Below are positions 9,324 to 19,358 of a stretch of DNA of 64,000 nucleotides, piece after piece. Positions within the stretch are counted from its first letter, which is position 1; the number at the start of each line of letters is the position of its first letter. Under the pieces are notes generated by a model. That model was not told the origin of the DNA. It ran no database searches and was given only the letters and a program-made list of their open reading frames with translations. The stretch comes from Candidatus Latescibacterota bacterium (GTDB lineage: Bacteria > Latescibacterota > UBA2968 > UBA8231), in contig CBDCNM010000001.1 in assembly GCA_965219385.1 (NCBI GenBank), positions 546,631-610,630 on the forward strand, in the 5' to 3' direction. The translations under genes were made by a program, and so were the position numbers.

Positions 9324-11876
9324 ATGATCAGGCATGGCAGGTATTATCCAGTTGCGTTTTTAGCGGTTGCGGCTACGTGGTCGTTCGGCATGGGGGGAGG
9401 GCGCGCAAATGCCGAGAATTCTTTTGTGCTCGCCGGTGAGGGAGGGAGTCCGTACGCGATTGTCCTGGCGGATCGAGCTTCGCCGTCGGAACGGCACGCG
9501 GCGGACGAATTGCAGCACTTCGTCCAGCTCGCCACCGGGGCCCGCCTGCCCATCGTGGACGAAGGCACCGCCCGGGCCCTGCGCCCCCCCCGCCTCTTCG
9601 TCGGCGCCGGCGAGTTGGTCCGCAGTCTTCCGACAGACCCGGCCGCCTGGGAGGGCCTGGGGGACGAGGAGTACATCCTGCGCACCGTGGGCCCGGCCCC
9701 GGCGCCTGACCTGGTGATCGCCGGGGGCCGGCGGCGGGGTACTTTGTACGGGGTCTACACCCTGCTCGACCGGCTCGGTTTCCGCTGGTACACCAACCGC
9801 AAGACCTGGTATCCGGAGGGTGGGGTGCTGTACCTGGAGCCCCTCCACGAGCAAGGCGCGCCGGCCTTCATGTATCGCGAGCCGTATATTTACGAGGCCT
9901 TCGAGGCGGACTGGGCCGCGCGCAACCGGGTCAACTCCATGAGCGCCGGGCTGGACGAGGCCCGTGGCGGCAGGGTCGGGGTGCTGGGGGTGCACACCTT
10001 TAGCAGTTTGATTCCCTACTCGCTCTACGAGGAGCACCCGGAGTATTTTCCGCTCATCGGGGGGGAGCGGGTCACCGGGTATGTGCAGCGGTGCCTGACC
10101 AACCAGGAGGTGGTGGACATCGCCGCGGCGAACCTGATCAAGTGGATGGACAAAAATCCGCAGGGAGTGTTCTTTTCGCTCAGCCCGGAGGACACCGAGA
10201 ATCTGTGCGAGTGCATTCCCTGCACCCGGAAGATGGAAGAGGAGGAGTCGCCCATGGGGCTCTATCTGGACTTCGTCAACCAGGTGGCCGAGCAGGTCGA
10301 GGTGGTGCATCCGGACAAGTATGTGAGCACCCTGGCCTACTGGTTCACGGAGAAGCCGCCCAAGACGGTGCGGCCGCGCGCCAATGTGTTCATCCGGCTC
10401 TGTCCGATCAGCATTTGCGTATCGCACCCTTTCACCCAGTGCACCGAGGAGCCCTCCCGGAACTTCGACCGCTACCTGCGGGCCTGGTCGGAGATCACCG
10501 ACCGGATCATCATCTGGCACTACAACACCAACTTCAAGAACTACCTGACGCCGTTTCCCAACTTCGCGGAGTTCACCGAGGACATCAAGACCTACCACCA
10601 GAGCGGAGTGCGGGGGATTTTCTTTCAGGGTTCGGCCGCCTGTCCGGGTGGTGGGGATGCGGACCTGCGGGCCTGGGTCATGGCCCGGCTGTTGTGGGAG
10701 CCGCACCAGGACGCGGACGCCTTGGTGGATGAGTGGCTGCGCGGGGTCTACGGCCCGGCCTACCAGCCCATGCGGACCTATTACGACCTGATCCACCGGC
10801 AGGTTGAAACCATGGATCGCCACCTGCACGTCTTCGATCCGGTAACCCGGACCCTGTGGCCGGAGGCGGTGGTGGCGCAGATGGAGGCTTTGCACCAGGA
10901 GGCGCTGGCGCTGGCGGCCGGCGACGAGACCGCCCTCTACTATGTGCGCAAGAATCATCTGGCGGTGCAGTTCGTGCACTACGTGCTCAACACCGGCCGG
11001 CTGGAGGTGGCCGACGGGGTCTACCGGCCGGTGGGCAATGCCATGACAGCTGAGGACCACGACCGGCTGGTCGAACTGCTGGAGGAGTTCGAGGTCACCC
11101 GCATCCGCGAGGAATCGCGCGATTCGGACTTTCTCACCCTCCTGCGCCAGCGGGTCGAGCCCCACCCGGTGGTCGCGCTGGAGAACCTGGACCTGCGGCT
11201 GGAGGTGGTGCCCGAGCTGGGGGGGCGGATCGTCGGACTTACTCATAAAGAGACGGGCACCGACATCCTGCACAGGTTGGGACCGGAGGACAACTTTTAT
11301 CCGGTTCTGGGCGGCTATGGCGAGTCGACGACATGGACGTGGGGCGGCACCGGATTCGGCCTGGCCTACGGGGCCGACCTGGAGGGAAGGAACCTGACCC
11401 TGGCGGCCACGGCCCGCAACGGCCTGCGCTTCGAGCGCACGATTAGCCTGCCCGCCGAGGGGGCCAAGGTCCATTTTGCCTCGTCCATCACCAATGTGGG
11501 GGAGGGTCCCAAGACCTGCCGGCTGGTGTGCCGGATGAATCTCCAGGTCGATCCCGAGAGGGTGACGCTCACGGCCCGCGCCACCGATGGTTCCTTTGTC
11601 CGGCCGGCCGCCTCCGAAGAGAAAAAGCACAAGCACAGATCCGTGATCAACTATCGCTACGACGGTCCGAACAAGCCGTCCGGGGCCTGGCGGCTCGAAA
11701 ACATCACCGGTGGATTCGTGCTTGAGAACACCTTTGCGGCGGACCAGGTCGAAGCCTGCAAGTTGATGGTGGCAAGTGGCGCTGGGCTGGCGCGCATGGA
11801 GATTCAAACCTCTGAGCGCATAGTGCCGCCGGGGGGCAGAATAGTGCTTGATCACACCTGGGAATTGTCCAAATAG
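9324..11876 (+). CDS. DUF4838 domain-containing secreted protein, copy B (tandem paralog)
   Basis: AGGAG RBS and ATG 9324; near-identical to copy A over most of its length. Confidence 0.8.
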   Translation: MIRHGRYYPVAFLAVAATWSFGMGGGRANAENSFVLAGEGGSPYAIVLADRASPSERHAADELQHFVQLATGARLPIVDEGTARALRPPRLFVGAGELVRSLPTDPAAWEGLGDEEYILRTVGPAPAPDLVIAGGRRRGTLYGVYTLLDRLGFRWYTNRKTWYPEGGVLYLEPLHEQGAPAFMYREPYIYEAFEADWAARNRVNSMSAGLDEARGGRVGVLGVHTFSSLIPYSLYEEHPEYFPLIGGERVTGYVQRCLTNQEVVDIAAANLIKWMDKNPQGVFFSLSPEDTENLCECIPCTRKMEEEESPMGLYLDFVNQVAEQVEVVHPDKYVSTLAYWFTEKPPKTVRPRANVFIRLCPISICVSHPFTQCTEEPSRNFDRYLRAWSEITDRIIIWHYNTNFKNYLTPFPNFAEFTEDIKTYHQSGVRGIFFQGSAACPGGGDADLRAWVMARLLWEPHQDADALVDEWLRGVYGPAYQPMRTYYDLIHRQVETMDRHLHVFDPVTRTLWPEAVVAQMEALHQEALALAAGDETALYYVRKNHLAVQFVHYVLNTGRLEVADGVYRPVGNAMTAEDHDRLVELLEEFEVTRIREESRDSDFLTLLRQRVEPHPVVALENLDLRLEVVPELGGRIVGLTHKETGTDILHRLGPEDNFYPVLGGYGESTTWTWGGTGFGLAYGADLEGRNLTLAATARNGLRFERTISLPAEGAKVHFASSITNVGEGPKTCRLVCRMNLQVDPERVTLTARATDGSFVRPAASEEKKHKHRSVINYRYDGPNKPSGAWRLENITGGFVLENTFAADQVEACKLMVASGAGLARMEIQTSERIVPPGGRIVLDHTWELSK

Positions 11877-12076
11877 GCGACACCAGCGGCAATGCAAAAG
11901 ATCACGGACTATTTCTGCTACGCTGATCAGGGGATCTCGAAATCCCGCGCCAGCTATGCTGGAGCAGAAGGGGCTTCGGGTATATCCGGCCAAGTTGGCT
12001 GGATGGCAGGAGCCGAACTTCAATGGTCTCCGTCCTCTCTCTGCGGCCTGTTTTTGTGAGGAGGAAAAATTAAGCG

Positions 12077-14137
12077 ATGGATTACGAAAAACTCAAAGCA
12101 CATAAGACGGTTTTGTTGGATCTCTATACATCCTTGTGTAAAACCCTTAACAAAGAGGGTGATGAGATTGATCCAGGATTAAAAACGATGCGGAAAAATA
12201 TCAAAGAGGAAAAATTTTTGCTTGCCATTGTTGGAGAAGTAAAAGCAGGGAAATCGACCTTCATCAATGCAATTCTTGGAGAGGCAATGTTGCCTTTTGA
12301 TCCTCTGCAAGCTACCTCTGAAATAGTTGAGATCCACCAGTCTGAAAAGAAAGAAGTTCAAGTAACCTTCGCCAATGACACAGAGCAAGTCGTTGAGGAT
12401 GACCCACAAACACCCGAAAATGAAGCGGTGCCATTTCTTGAAAAAATTGCTTCCGTCAATGAGGAATACCGCGACATCCCCATCGTCCAAGTTAATAGAT
12501 TCCTGATTGATCATTACAGCAAAAAAGAGGGAAAGGCTGTATTTGAGGAGAAAAAATTGGAGAATTTCATTTCTGGCTCTGATCTTGAAAATATATACAA
12601 ATTGGATGAAGAGGGATTTGGAGCCAAAATTCGTGAATATATCGAGAAGAACATATCATGTGATGAGATACCCCAAAGGGTTACTCTTGGTTATCCATAT
12701 GATTTTTCTGAGTTCAAGGGTTTCAGGCTTGTAGATACGCCAGGGATCAATGCGATTGGCGGAATAGAGAATCAAACGAAGGAGTTCATCAACCAGGCCG
12801 ATGCGGTTATCTATTTGCACAGAGCAGGTCAGCAAGAAAGTAAATCACTCCGCAATGCTTTAGATAATGAAATTCCTAAAAGGGTCCAAGGTCGTCTGAT
12901 ACTCGTCCTGACTCACAGAAGTACTACTGATGAACATGAGAGAATATTGGAGCAGACCGAGAGGCTTTATCCCGAAATCGGCTCAGATAACATCTTTTTT
13001 GTCGATGGTCTGACTGAGCTACATTTGAAAGCGTTCTATGAAAAATCGATGAATGAAATCGATATCATTCGTAAAAAAGACCCGCAAGTAAGACGTCTAA
13101 CTAATGATTGCTTTATGGAAGCTGATGGTAATGAACATGCTTTTCTCAAGCTATTCGAAGAGCAGGCGAACTTCACCGAGATTCGGGAAAGAATTGCAAG
13201 AGATGCACAAAATTCAGCTTCTAGCCAAATGAAGGATTTCGTTAGTGCCATGAAAGAGGAGTATGAAGTTCTTGACCATAGAATTAGCGAACGCATAAAA
13301 CCGCTGAAAATGAAGCATAAGGATCCTCAGTCTTTTGCATCGGATATACAAAAAATAACAGAAGAAATGAATAGAATGAGAAGTAATTACAATGAATTTA
13401 CAGACAAATTGAGGGGAGAATTCTCTCCTAAAGATAGGAACAGCAGGTATTATCAAGAAATACATCAAATAGTGAATAGTTTTAGTGATGAGATCAACAC
13501 GAAAGAATTTGATCACGACCATAACGCAGAAACTGTCCAGTCTTATGTGGATAAATTATACCAAGATTTTGATGATAAAATGACCAATTTTGTTGATTCA
13601 CTAAAAAAAGACTTCCAAGAAGAAATAGCGGATAGGAATGTTGAAATGCAAAGTGATTACTCAATAACCGTGCCGAAGCTCCCATTGCAGCGCATAGTGC
13701 AAAAAGCTCTTGATAGTACTATGGAAGCTATAAATAAGCAATTAGACGAGGTGGAGAAGAGTAAAGGATTTGGGTACTATTTGGGTAACATTTTTTTTGG
13801 TATTCCCTATCTTTTAAAAGAGAGCGAAAAAGACAAGATAAAGGGTTCCGAGCTACCAAAGTATTGGCAAAAGATACAATCGGAGCTTGAAACAAATTGC
13901 CGAAAGGGTGAAACACAATTGCAGAAAGAAATCGATGCGATGGTAAATAATTTCTGCGGCGAATATCAGCGTAAACTCAAGGGAGAATTTCAGGAGCGAC
14001 AGCGGTTTATGGAAGAACTTGAGGAGGGAAAGGAAACAAATGAAAAATTAAGAGATGAGATTTCATCCCTGGAGGAGCAAAAAAAAACTATCAAGGCCAA
14101 CATTAAGAAGTGTGTAAAAGTCGGAGGGGAATTGTGA
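12077..14137 (+). CDS. Bacterial dynamin-like GTPase
   Basis: G1 LAIVGEVKAGKSTFINAILG; G3 LVDTPG; long helical C-terminus with a hydrophobic paddle (GFGYYLGNIFFGIPYLL); GAGGA RBS; AT-rich. Confidence 0.88.
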   Translation: MDYEKLKAHKTVLLDLYTSLCKTLNKEGDEIDPGLKTMRKNIKEEKFLLAIVGEVKAGKSTFINAILGEAMLPFDPLQATSEIVEIHQSEKKEVQVTFANDTEQVVEDDPQTPENEAVPFLEKIASVNEEYRDIPIVQVNRFLIDHYSKKEGKAVFEEKKLENFISGSDLENIYKLDEEGFGAKIREYIEKNISCDEIPQRVTLGYPYDFSEFKGFRLVDTPGINAIGGIENQTKEFINQADAVIYLHRAGQQESKSLRNALDNEIPKRVQGRLILVLTHRSTTDEHERILEQTERLYPEIGSDNIFFVDGLTELHLKAFYEKSMNEIDIIRKKDPQVRRLTNDCFMEADGNEHAFLKLFEEQANFTEIRERIARDAQNSASSQMKDFVSAMKEEYEVLDHRISERIKPLKMKHKDPQSFASDIQKITEEMNRMRSNYNEFTDKLRGEFSPKDRNSRYYQEIHQIVNSFSDEINTKEFDHDHNAETVQSYVDKLYQDFDDKMTNFVDSLKKDFQEEIADRNVEMQSDYSITVPKLPLQRIVQKALDSTMEAINKQLDEVEKSKGFGYYLGNIFFGIPYLLKESEKDKIKGSELPKYWQKIQSELETNCRKGETQLQKEIDAMVNNFCGEYQRKLKGEFQERQRFMEELEEGKETNEKLRDEISSLEEQKKTIKANIKKCVKVGGEL

Positions 14138-14844
14138 TGGAACTTATTCATGTTGAGGGAATATTCTCTGATATAGAGTCTCTAGTACAAGAGATTAGAA
14201 CGTATTTCAGTGATCTGGACTCAGAGAATATAGAAAGCGAAATGTACGCGTCGAGAATTGCTAAAGAGTTGGTCGTTCGTATCGAAAATTTCAACGGCGT
14301 AATCGAGACAACATTACTTACATATTTGGACAAAGATGCGCGAAAACAGATTTCAGACTGGGAGATAGTAGATCAAAATCGGCACTATGATAAGAGAATC
14401 CGAGAAAATATCTCATCAAAAATTCATGAAGTAAATTCCTTTTCACCTAAAGTTTTTCCCAAGAAATACATCAAAATTGCCTCTGGCGTTGTTGCTGCTG
14501 GAGGACTCTATAGTGCTTTTTCAACTCCCGTTTCCTACAAAACAAAAGGTAATCATGTGGGCGATAGTGAGGGTAATGCTGTGAGTGGTGGTGAAAGCGG
14601 ACTTCATCTCACTTTTTCGGATTCCATTTTCTACTTGGGGATGTTTATTGTCGTTGTGGCAGCGGGTATATTTTTTTTGGTTCCCCGTGTCGTGGATAAG
14701 CACAATAAGAAGAAGACCTTAGAACAATTGGAGGCTTATCTTAGGGCGGTCGAGAAAAGATACAAAGAGCAGGCCCGAAAAATCATTGATGAATATGTCT
14801 CCCTATTCAACGAAATAACACCAGCGAAGAAAAAAGACGGATGA
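14137..14844 (+). CDS. Hypothetical membrane protein, translationally coupled to the dynamin gene
   Basis: TGATG stop/start overlap at 14135-14139; hydrophobic segments IASGVVAAGGLYSAF and IFYLGMFIVVVAAGIFFLV; helical flanks. Confidence 0.75.
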   Translation: MELIHVEGIFSDIESLVQEIRTYFSDLDSENIESEMYASRIAKELVVRIENFNGVIETTLLTYLDKDARKQISDWEIVDQNRHYDKRIRENISSKIHEVNSFSPKVFPKKYIKIASGVVAAGGLYSAFSTPVSYKTKGNHVGDSEGNAVSGGESGLHLTFSDSIFYLGMFIVVVAAGIFFLVPRVVDKHNKKKTLEQLEAYLRAVEKRYKEQARKIIDEYVSLFNEITPAKKKDG

Positions 14845-14928
14845 ATACCATGACAAAGCAAGTCAGCAAGCCGATGGAAAGGCTGAAATCCTTAAGAATA
14901 ACCCAAAAACCAGAGTAAAGTCTATCCA

Positions 14929-15503
14929 GGATGATGTAGGCATACTCAAAGGTGCCCACGCCCGCAGTGCTGCGCTCAGAGAGGCCACCACGATTAGCTA
15001 GGGACAATGGGCCTCCAGCGGACGAGAAATCTCACCCAAGATGATCTGTGGGCACTGACCGACCTCGCCGACACGTCGGATATTCCTGCAAACGAACTGA
15101 GAAGCCGTCTCAAAACCCCCGCTGGCCTTCGCCCGGCTGCAACGGGCGTGGGCTGCGAGCGAGCGCAGCAGGTGGGGGGACCCACGCCTGTTGCGCTCAC
15201 GCTTGGGGCACCCCGGGAATTTTAAGAACGCTTCTGAGGAGTTTCCGCCGCGCCGATCTGATTATGGAGGCCACCGACCCGGACGGCGAAACTTGCTACA
15301 TCGCCGTGGAAATCTCCTTTACCGCCAATGGCCGGGACACTACTCGGGTCCTCCGCAACGCCGAATTTTTGACGAGGTTCACGGGTAAGCGCTCCTATGC
15401 CGCTGTCGCTGGTCTGTACCGAGATGACCGGATACAGGACTACATCGAATCCGGAGAAGTACTCTGGTATCAACTGGATCCGGAAGTCCTGGAAGCAGAA
15501 TAA
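14929..15503 (+). pseudogene. Fragmented hypothetical protein (possibly PD-(D/E)XK-like: ADLIMEATD...YIAVEIS), disrupted by frameshifts and a MITE
   Basis: The pieces DDVGILKGAHARSAALREATTI / MGLQRTRNLTQDDLW...ANEL / RSFRRADLIMEAT...LEAE lie in different frames. Removing the MITE restores ELRSFRR. Confidence 0.6.
15101..15234. mobile_element. 134-bp MITE with imperfect 20-bp TIRs and a TGA target duplication (IS5-family-like)
   Basis: Left end GAAGCCGTCTCAAAACCCCC versus reverse complement of the right end GAAGCGTTCTTAAAATTCCC (15/20). TGA at 15098-15100 and 15235-15237. Internal hairpin GCAACGGGCGTGGG...CCCACGCCTGTTGC. Confidence 0.8.
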
Positions 15504-15554
15504 CAACCCCCTATCCCGTATTCGGCGAAATAACACCTATAGAGGAAAAAGACG

Positions 15555-18500
15555 GTGGAAAATATGAACGATAAATCATTAGCCCTTGAAAAGCCAAAGG
15601 CGCTGGACCAGGAAGAGGGAGCTAAAGAACTCAACGAATTTTTCTCAGACCTTCTCCCGTGGACCATTGAGTCAACAGATGTTGCTATCCTGACAGAGAA
15701 TACCATACAGAATCGGGGTGGTATTGAGGGATTTCTCGATTCACTTTTTCTATTCCATGTTGGAGAAATTTCTGTTTCTGCAGATGCCCAAGATGTGGCT
15801 GATTTGATCTATAAAAGACACCAAGCTGCGATTATTGCCGCCTATCAGTCAGGCTATACGCTTACGACGATCATTTCGGGGAACGGCGGCGGTACCGTTG
15901 ACATTTTTCTCGGTGTGCGCGGTGAGGAGGACGTGAAGGAAGTATTCCGGGAGCAATTGCAGGGGGTTTATCCCGGAAAAGGCATCCAATTTGAGGATGA
16001 ATCCAGAGAAAGAATCATAAAAAATAGACTGCAAGAAAAGACGCATGGCGGAATCCTGACAGGTATCCCGACACAGAAAATAGACGAGGAAAAGCAGACA
16101 TTCGATCTCTCTTCGGTGATAAGAAGCATGAATGGGCAGGAATTTCTCCTGGCGATAGTCTCCCGTCCAGTTACAAAGCGCGAGGCAGCGCAACAACTTC
16201 ACGAATTGATGGAGCTAAAAGATCGGTGTCATGCGCTGGCAATTAGGAACATCGGTGCCAATGAGAACATAGAAAAGAACAAGAGCCGTGCGCTTCAAGA
16301 AACAGTAGGTGAATCAACTGCTAAAGAAGGGAATGTATCTCCGACGATATTGGGTTCTTTAAGTGGAACGGCTGGCATCAATTTGAGTGGTGCGGTAACG
16401 GTCTGGGTGGGTGTGCCTTTTGTGGGAGGAATTTCATTTACGGGGACTATCGGTGGTACGTTAAGTGGAACTTTGACGGGTGGCGGAGCTTTGACAGGAG
16501 GCGGTTCTAAAACAGAAACAAAATCTTCGAGCCATTCAGAAACAGACACCGAAGGCTGGTCAGAAAGCATTGGGCGAAGTCTTTCTCTTGAACAGCAGAA
16601 CACCCTTGCGATGGAATTGGAGAACATCGCGGGTAAGTTAATTACCAGATTACGCAATGGTCTGAACACCGGACTCTGGGAAAGTTTTATCACCTACGCG
16701 ACCACATCCCCCACGGCTTCGCAGATTTTATCTGGCACCTTGGCAGGGGAACTGATCAAGGCCGATCCCGAAGCTCTGCCTATGCGAAATGTCGCCGATA
16801 AGCTATCTGAAGAAGTTCCACTTTTTATTCCCATAAAGCGAAATGGAAAATCTCTTATAAAGGGGAACAAACTGGTATCGTTCTTGTCGAGCGATGAAGC
16901 AGCATTGCTCATGGCACCGCCGCTTTCTTCTGTGCCCGGCTATGATATCCGCGTCAAACCCGCATTAAGTCTGACAGATACCATAGACCGTTCGGGTTAT
17001 CCAATTGGCCGTATTTCTGAGCACGGAAGAGTCGTGAAAGGCTCTGAGTTTAGAATATCAAAAGAGGATGCCCGGAAACACATCTTTGTCTCTGGTCTTA
17101 CCGGATCGGGAAAGACGACGACAGTTAAGCACATTCTGGACTGTATTGATACGCCTTTTCTGGTGATTGAATCCGCCAAGAGAGAATACCGCAGATTATT
17201 GGCTGAGGAGAAATACGACAAAAACCTGCGCGTCTATACGGTTGGCGATTCGGGCGTTTCCCCGATACGCCACAATCCTTTTATGGTACTTCCCGGGGTG
17301 TCGGTCATAACCCATATTGACAATCTCAAATCTATTTTTTACGCGAGTTTCTCGCTCTATGGGCCTATGCCCTATATCCTCGAAAAATGTATTTATAATA
17401 TCTACCAGGAGCGCGGGTGGAATTTGACCACAGGCAAACATCAGCGCGTCAAAATAGAAACCTTCAAGGATTGCCAGAATCACCGCTTTATCTATCCTAC
17501 TATCAGAGATTTGATTGAAGAGGTGAATCGATATGTGAAGGAGGAATTGGAATATAAAGGGGAACTACAAGATAATATCCGCAGTGCTATCGTGGCTCGC
17601 CTTGAATCTTTGGCTGTCGGTGCAAAAGGGTTCCTCTTTAACACACACGATGCGATTGACATAAAGAAATTTCTAAATGAACGCGTTGTGTTTGAACTCG
17701 AATCTCTTTCCGATGATGACGATAAAGCATTCTTTGTCGGTTTGATGCTCTCGCTGGTGAGCGAATACCGACAATCGTTGGCCCGCCAGAGCGATCTGGA
17801 TAGCAGTGATGATCTGGATAGCAGTGATGATCTGCAGCATGTTCTGGTGATCGAAGAAGCGCACAGGCTGCTTAAAAACGTGCAGACTGAGCGCACCAGT
17901 GAAATGTTGGGCAATCCCAAAGGGAAAGCCGTGGAGTCTTTCTGCAATCTCATTGCCGAGATGCGGTCTTATGGTCAGGGCGTGATTGTTGCAGAGCAAA
18001 TCCCGACCAAAATAGCCCCCGATGTGATCAAGAATACCAATACGAAAATTATTCACCGGCTCGTTTCTTTGGATGACCAGATCGCTGTCGGGACGGGATT
18101 GGGCTTGGAGGAACACGAGTGCCGATATATGAACCAGCTTTCTGCGGGCACTGCGCTCGCACATAAAGAGGGGATGTCAAAACCCGTTGAAATTGCCGTC
18201 TTTAACAATCTGCAAAATGAGCCGATTGGAGATATGCGAATCGAACGTTTGGGGAGTGATCTCGTCCCAGATTTGGCGGCGAAACTTGCACTACACGAGA
18301 GCGGCCTTCTGGAAAGTCAGCACCTGAAAGCAATCGCTCTGAGATTAGTCAATTCGTTTTTTATGTCAAATTTTGAACTCGACGAATTATTGCCCGATGC
18401 AATAACAACGGCCAAAAAAGCAGAGCAACTTACTTATGTAGAGGATGAAACCGTAGAACATGCTTTGAGCGAATGGTTTTACCGAATTTTATTTTCAGCA

Positions 18501-18791
18501 ACTTTGGGTCTTGTAAATGAAAAATCGATTGATCAAGAGGTTTCAGATGCTGTTAAGCGGCTTTGGCATGATCGCGAGAGTTTTAATCGCGGGAGATTCA
18601 TACACGAATTTGACGAGTGGTTGGGTGATTGCAGTCGCGACCGCATCAGGGAGAATATATCAAACGATGTTATTTCTGAATATAGCGCGAAGAAAATAGA
18701 CATGAGGAAAACCATTGACAAAATACTGATTGTCGATGACCGGGAAATTGAGCAAGAAATAATGAACATCGTTAGAAAGAGGGTTATGTGA
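15555..18791 (+). CDS. HerA/FtsK-superfamily (DUF87-type) ATPase with a large N-terminal region
   Basis: Walker A HIFVSGLTGSGKTT; Walker B VLVIEEAH; EMRSYG arginine-finger motif; IVAEQ; NTNTKIIHRL. Confidence 0.88.
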   Translation: MENMNDKSLALEKPKALDQEEGAKELNEFFSDLLPWTIESTDVAILTENTIQNRGGIEGFLDSLFLFHVGEISVSADAQDVADLIYKRHQAAIIAAYQSGYTLTTIISGNGGGTVDIFLGVRGEEDVKEVFREQLQGVYPGKGIQFEDESRERIIKNRLQEKTHGGILTGIPTQKIDEEKQTFDLSSVIRSMNGQEFLLAIVSRPVTKREAAQQLHELMELKDRCHALAIRNIGANENIEKNKSRALQETVGESTAKEGNVSPTILGSLSGTAGINLSGAVTVWVGVPFVGGISFTGTIGGTLSGTLTGGGALTGGGSKTETKSSSHSETDTEGWSESIGRSLSLEQQNTLAMELENIAGKLITRLRNGLNTGLWESFITYATTSPTASQILSGTLAGELIKADPEALPMRNVADKLSEEVPLFIPIKRNGKSLIKGNKLVSFLSSDEAALLMAPPLSSVPGYDIRVKPALSLTDTIDRSGYPIGRISEHGRVVKGSEFRISKEDARKHIFVSGLTGSGKTTTVKHILDCIDTPFLVIESAKREYRRLLAEEKYDKNLRVYTVGDSGVSPIRHNPFMVLPGVSVITHIDNLKSIFYASFSLYGPMPYILEKCIYNIYQERGWNLTTGKHQRVKIETFKDCQNHRFIYPTIRDLIEEVNRYVKEELEYKGELQDNIRSAIVARLESLAVGAKGFLFNTHDAIDIKKFLNERVVFELESLSDDDDKAFFVGLMLSLVSEYRQSLARQSDLDSSDDLDSSDDLQHVLVIEEAHRLLKNVQTERTSEMLGNPKGKAVESFCNLIAEMRSYGQGVIVAEQIPTKIAPDVIKNTNTKIIHRLVSLDDQIAVGTGLGLEEHECRYMNQLSAGTALAHKEGMSKPVEIAVFNNLQNEPIGDMRIERLGSDLVPDLAAKLALHESGLLESQHLKAIALRLVNSFFMSNFELDELLPDAITTAKKAEQLTYVEDETVEHALSEWFYRILFSATLGLVNEKSIDQEVSDAVKRLWHDRESFNRGRFIHEFDEWLGDCSRDRIRENISNDVISEYSAKKIDMRKTIDKILIVDDREIEQEIMNIVRKRVM
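17793..17834 (+). repeat. 18-bp in-frame tandem repeat (DLDSSD x2+) just before Walker B of the ATPase
   Basis: GATCTGGATAGCAGTGAT twice, followed by GATCTG. Confidence 0.9.
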
Positions 18792-19342
18792 TGGTCGTTG
18801 AAACCGCGATAGGTGCGGCTGCGGCGGGAGGTATTGCTGAAGCCGCTATTGTGGAAGCCGCTGAATCGACGGCTGTTGAGAGCGTCGCCGAGTCCTCAAT
18901 AAGTGGGGCAACCGAGTTGAGTGAAACCCTTTCTACAATCCAGAAAGAGATTCCTCGAGAAGTCATCAACGAGAAGGTTGATGTGATGCTCCAGGATGAA
19001 GCTTTCCGTGCTGAGATTTTGGAAGCAACCTATCCTGATTTCTCTGAACATTGTAGATTTGAGACCCGACTCCACGAGGGACAATTCTTGGAAAGTGATT
19101 ATCAGCATTCCAAGTATTGTAACGAACAATTGAGCCAAGCTTATGAAAATGGCAGTCTCAATACAGAGCAATTCACAGACCGGCAACTAGAACAGATTCG
19201 TAATGGAGATAAGCCCGATGGATATACCTGGCATCATAATGAAGACCCAGGACGCATGCAGTTAGTAGATTCTGAAATACACGCTAGGACTCCGCATACA
19301 GGTGGTAGGAGCATTTGGGGTGGTGGAAGTGAAGCCCGATAA
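18791..19342 (+). CDS. HNH-fold WHH/colicin-DNase-type nuclease toxin
   Basis: C-terminal PDGYTWHHNEDPGRMQLVDSEIHARTPHTGGRSIWGG; TGATG overlap with the ATPase stop. Confidence 0.88.
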   Translation: MVVETAIGAAAAGGIAEAAIVEAAESTAVESVAESSISGATELSETLSTIQKEIPREVINEKVDVMLQDEAFRAEILEATYPDFSEHCRFETRLHEGQFLESDYQHSKYCNEQLSQAYENGSLNTEQFTDRQLEQIRNGDKPDGYTWHHNEDPGRMQLVDSEIHARTPHTGGRSIWGGGSEAR

Positions 19343-19358
19343 AAAAAGAGAGCATACT

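Noticed and set aside
6821..12023. Very long minus-strand ORFs (810 and 887 aa) opposite the DUF4838 genes
   Set aside because: Antisense shadows of GC-rich coding sequence; no motifs, and they mirror the duplication.
11877..12076. Left border of the AT-rich island: searched for an att site, tRNA or integrase
   Set aside because: No tRNA, integrase or repeat matching the right border could be seen.
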